Positions 63,190 to 64,000 of a DNA stretch of 64,000 nt are shown in pieces. The notes beneath the pieces were generated by a model that searched no databases, was not told the origin of the DNA, and saw only the letters and a list, made by a program, of their open reading frames with translations. The stretch is from Tubiluchus corallicola (Eukaryota > Animalia > Priapulida): positions 1 through 64,000 of the forward strand of contig JAQGDQ010000604.1 in assembly GCA_030141605.1 (NCBI GenBank), given 5' to 3'. The translations under genes were made by a program, and so were the position numbers. Every line of letters starts with the position of its first letter. Positions within the stretch are counted from its first letter, which is position 1.

Positions 63190-63545
63190 ATCGTGAATTT
63201 GTAAATAACTCTTTAGCGATTTTTGAACAGTAATGGTCATGTTATGTGATCAAAAGTGTTTACCGTGAATTTGTAAATAACCCTTGAGCTGTTTTTGGAC
63301 AGTAATGATCATGTTATGTGATCGTAAGTGTGTATTGTGAATTTGAAAATAATTCTTTAGCTATTTTTGGACAGTAATGATCATGTTATGTGATCGTAAG
63401 TGTGTAGTGAGAATTTGTAAATAATTCTTTAGCTATTTTTGGACAGTAATGATCATGTTATGTGATCGTAAGTGTGTAGTGAGAATTTGTAAATAATTCT
63501 TCAGATATTTTTGGACAGTAATGATCATGTTATATGATCAAAAGT
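63190..63545. repeat. ~72-bp tandem repeat x5
   Basis: GAATTTGTAAATAA...GACAGTAATGATCATGTTATGTGATC recurs. Confidence 0.93.
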
Positions 63546-64000
63546 ACTTTTTTTCTTGTGAACTAAGGACTGAACCAAAATATCATGTTCGACACGCTAC
63601 AATGATATTAGCAAGCAGACGAATGCGTGCATAATATAGTAGTACTTATTAAACTAATTAGGAACTTAAACAAAGAAGATCAGAACAGCAAGACAGTCTA
63701 TCATCATCATACGCCCACCACGTCTATTGTAGACATTGGGCAGGCAGAATTCTAAAATAAAAGAAATCTGCCTTCAGACAGGTAAATGCAGCAAGAAAGT
63801 AATGAAGCAAGAAACTAGACACTGCTATGCCAGTGGCTTGTCAGCACCACTTCCAAGACAGTCTAGAATGCAGAACACTGCTAAACAATCACCGAGATCT
63901 TTGATCTACACAAACCATATCTGTGGTATTGTTACGCAGACCACGGAAAAGGCCATTTGCGAAACTATCAATGGCCTATGAACTGTGGCTTGTCCATGAA

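Noticed and set aside
62173-63751. Further 5' exons of the lectin gene (about 62173-62235 FCYVPYYDYSVAAASSSYALL; about 63713-63751 NSACPMSTIDVVG)
   Set aside because: Phase-compatible with plausible acceptors, but short, one donor is weak, and there is no motif support.

Overview
AT-rich, intron- and repeat-rich genomic DNA from an invertebrate animal; the 5S-derived sequence is lophotrochozoan-like, which is an inference. Most entries in the ORF track are repeat artefacts. Two spliced genes were reconstructed by hand, both on the minus strand, with phase-consistent exon junctions. (1) An extracellular heparan-sulfate endosulfatase (SULF family): ATG at 23028, 10 coding exons down to 2707, CCPSR formylglycine motif, one GC-AG intron, and a 3' part that apparently runs off the left edge. 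(2) A multi-pass membrane protein with a C-type-lectin-like domain and a cytoplasmic tail carrying PPxY/LPxY motifs: exons from about 60746 to the stop at 37371, 5' end unresolved. Introns and the intergenic region are packed with MITE-like DNA elements (Tc1/mariner-, hAT-, piggyBac-, Kolobok- and Helentron-like), LINE remnants, a solo LTR and minisatellites. The most notable signals concern retroelement RNAs. A non-autonomous RTE element (49931-50395, 17-bp TSD) begins at the U^A cleavage site of a twister-ribozyme fold. A 5S-rRNA-headed SINE with an RTE-derived tail occurs as a long (13493-14040) and a short (28832-29022) copy, each with its own TSD. A Penelope-type minimal hammerhead motif lies at 40255-40290. 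All family assignments come from motif recognition by eye; no database search was run.
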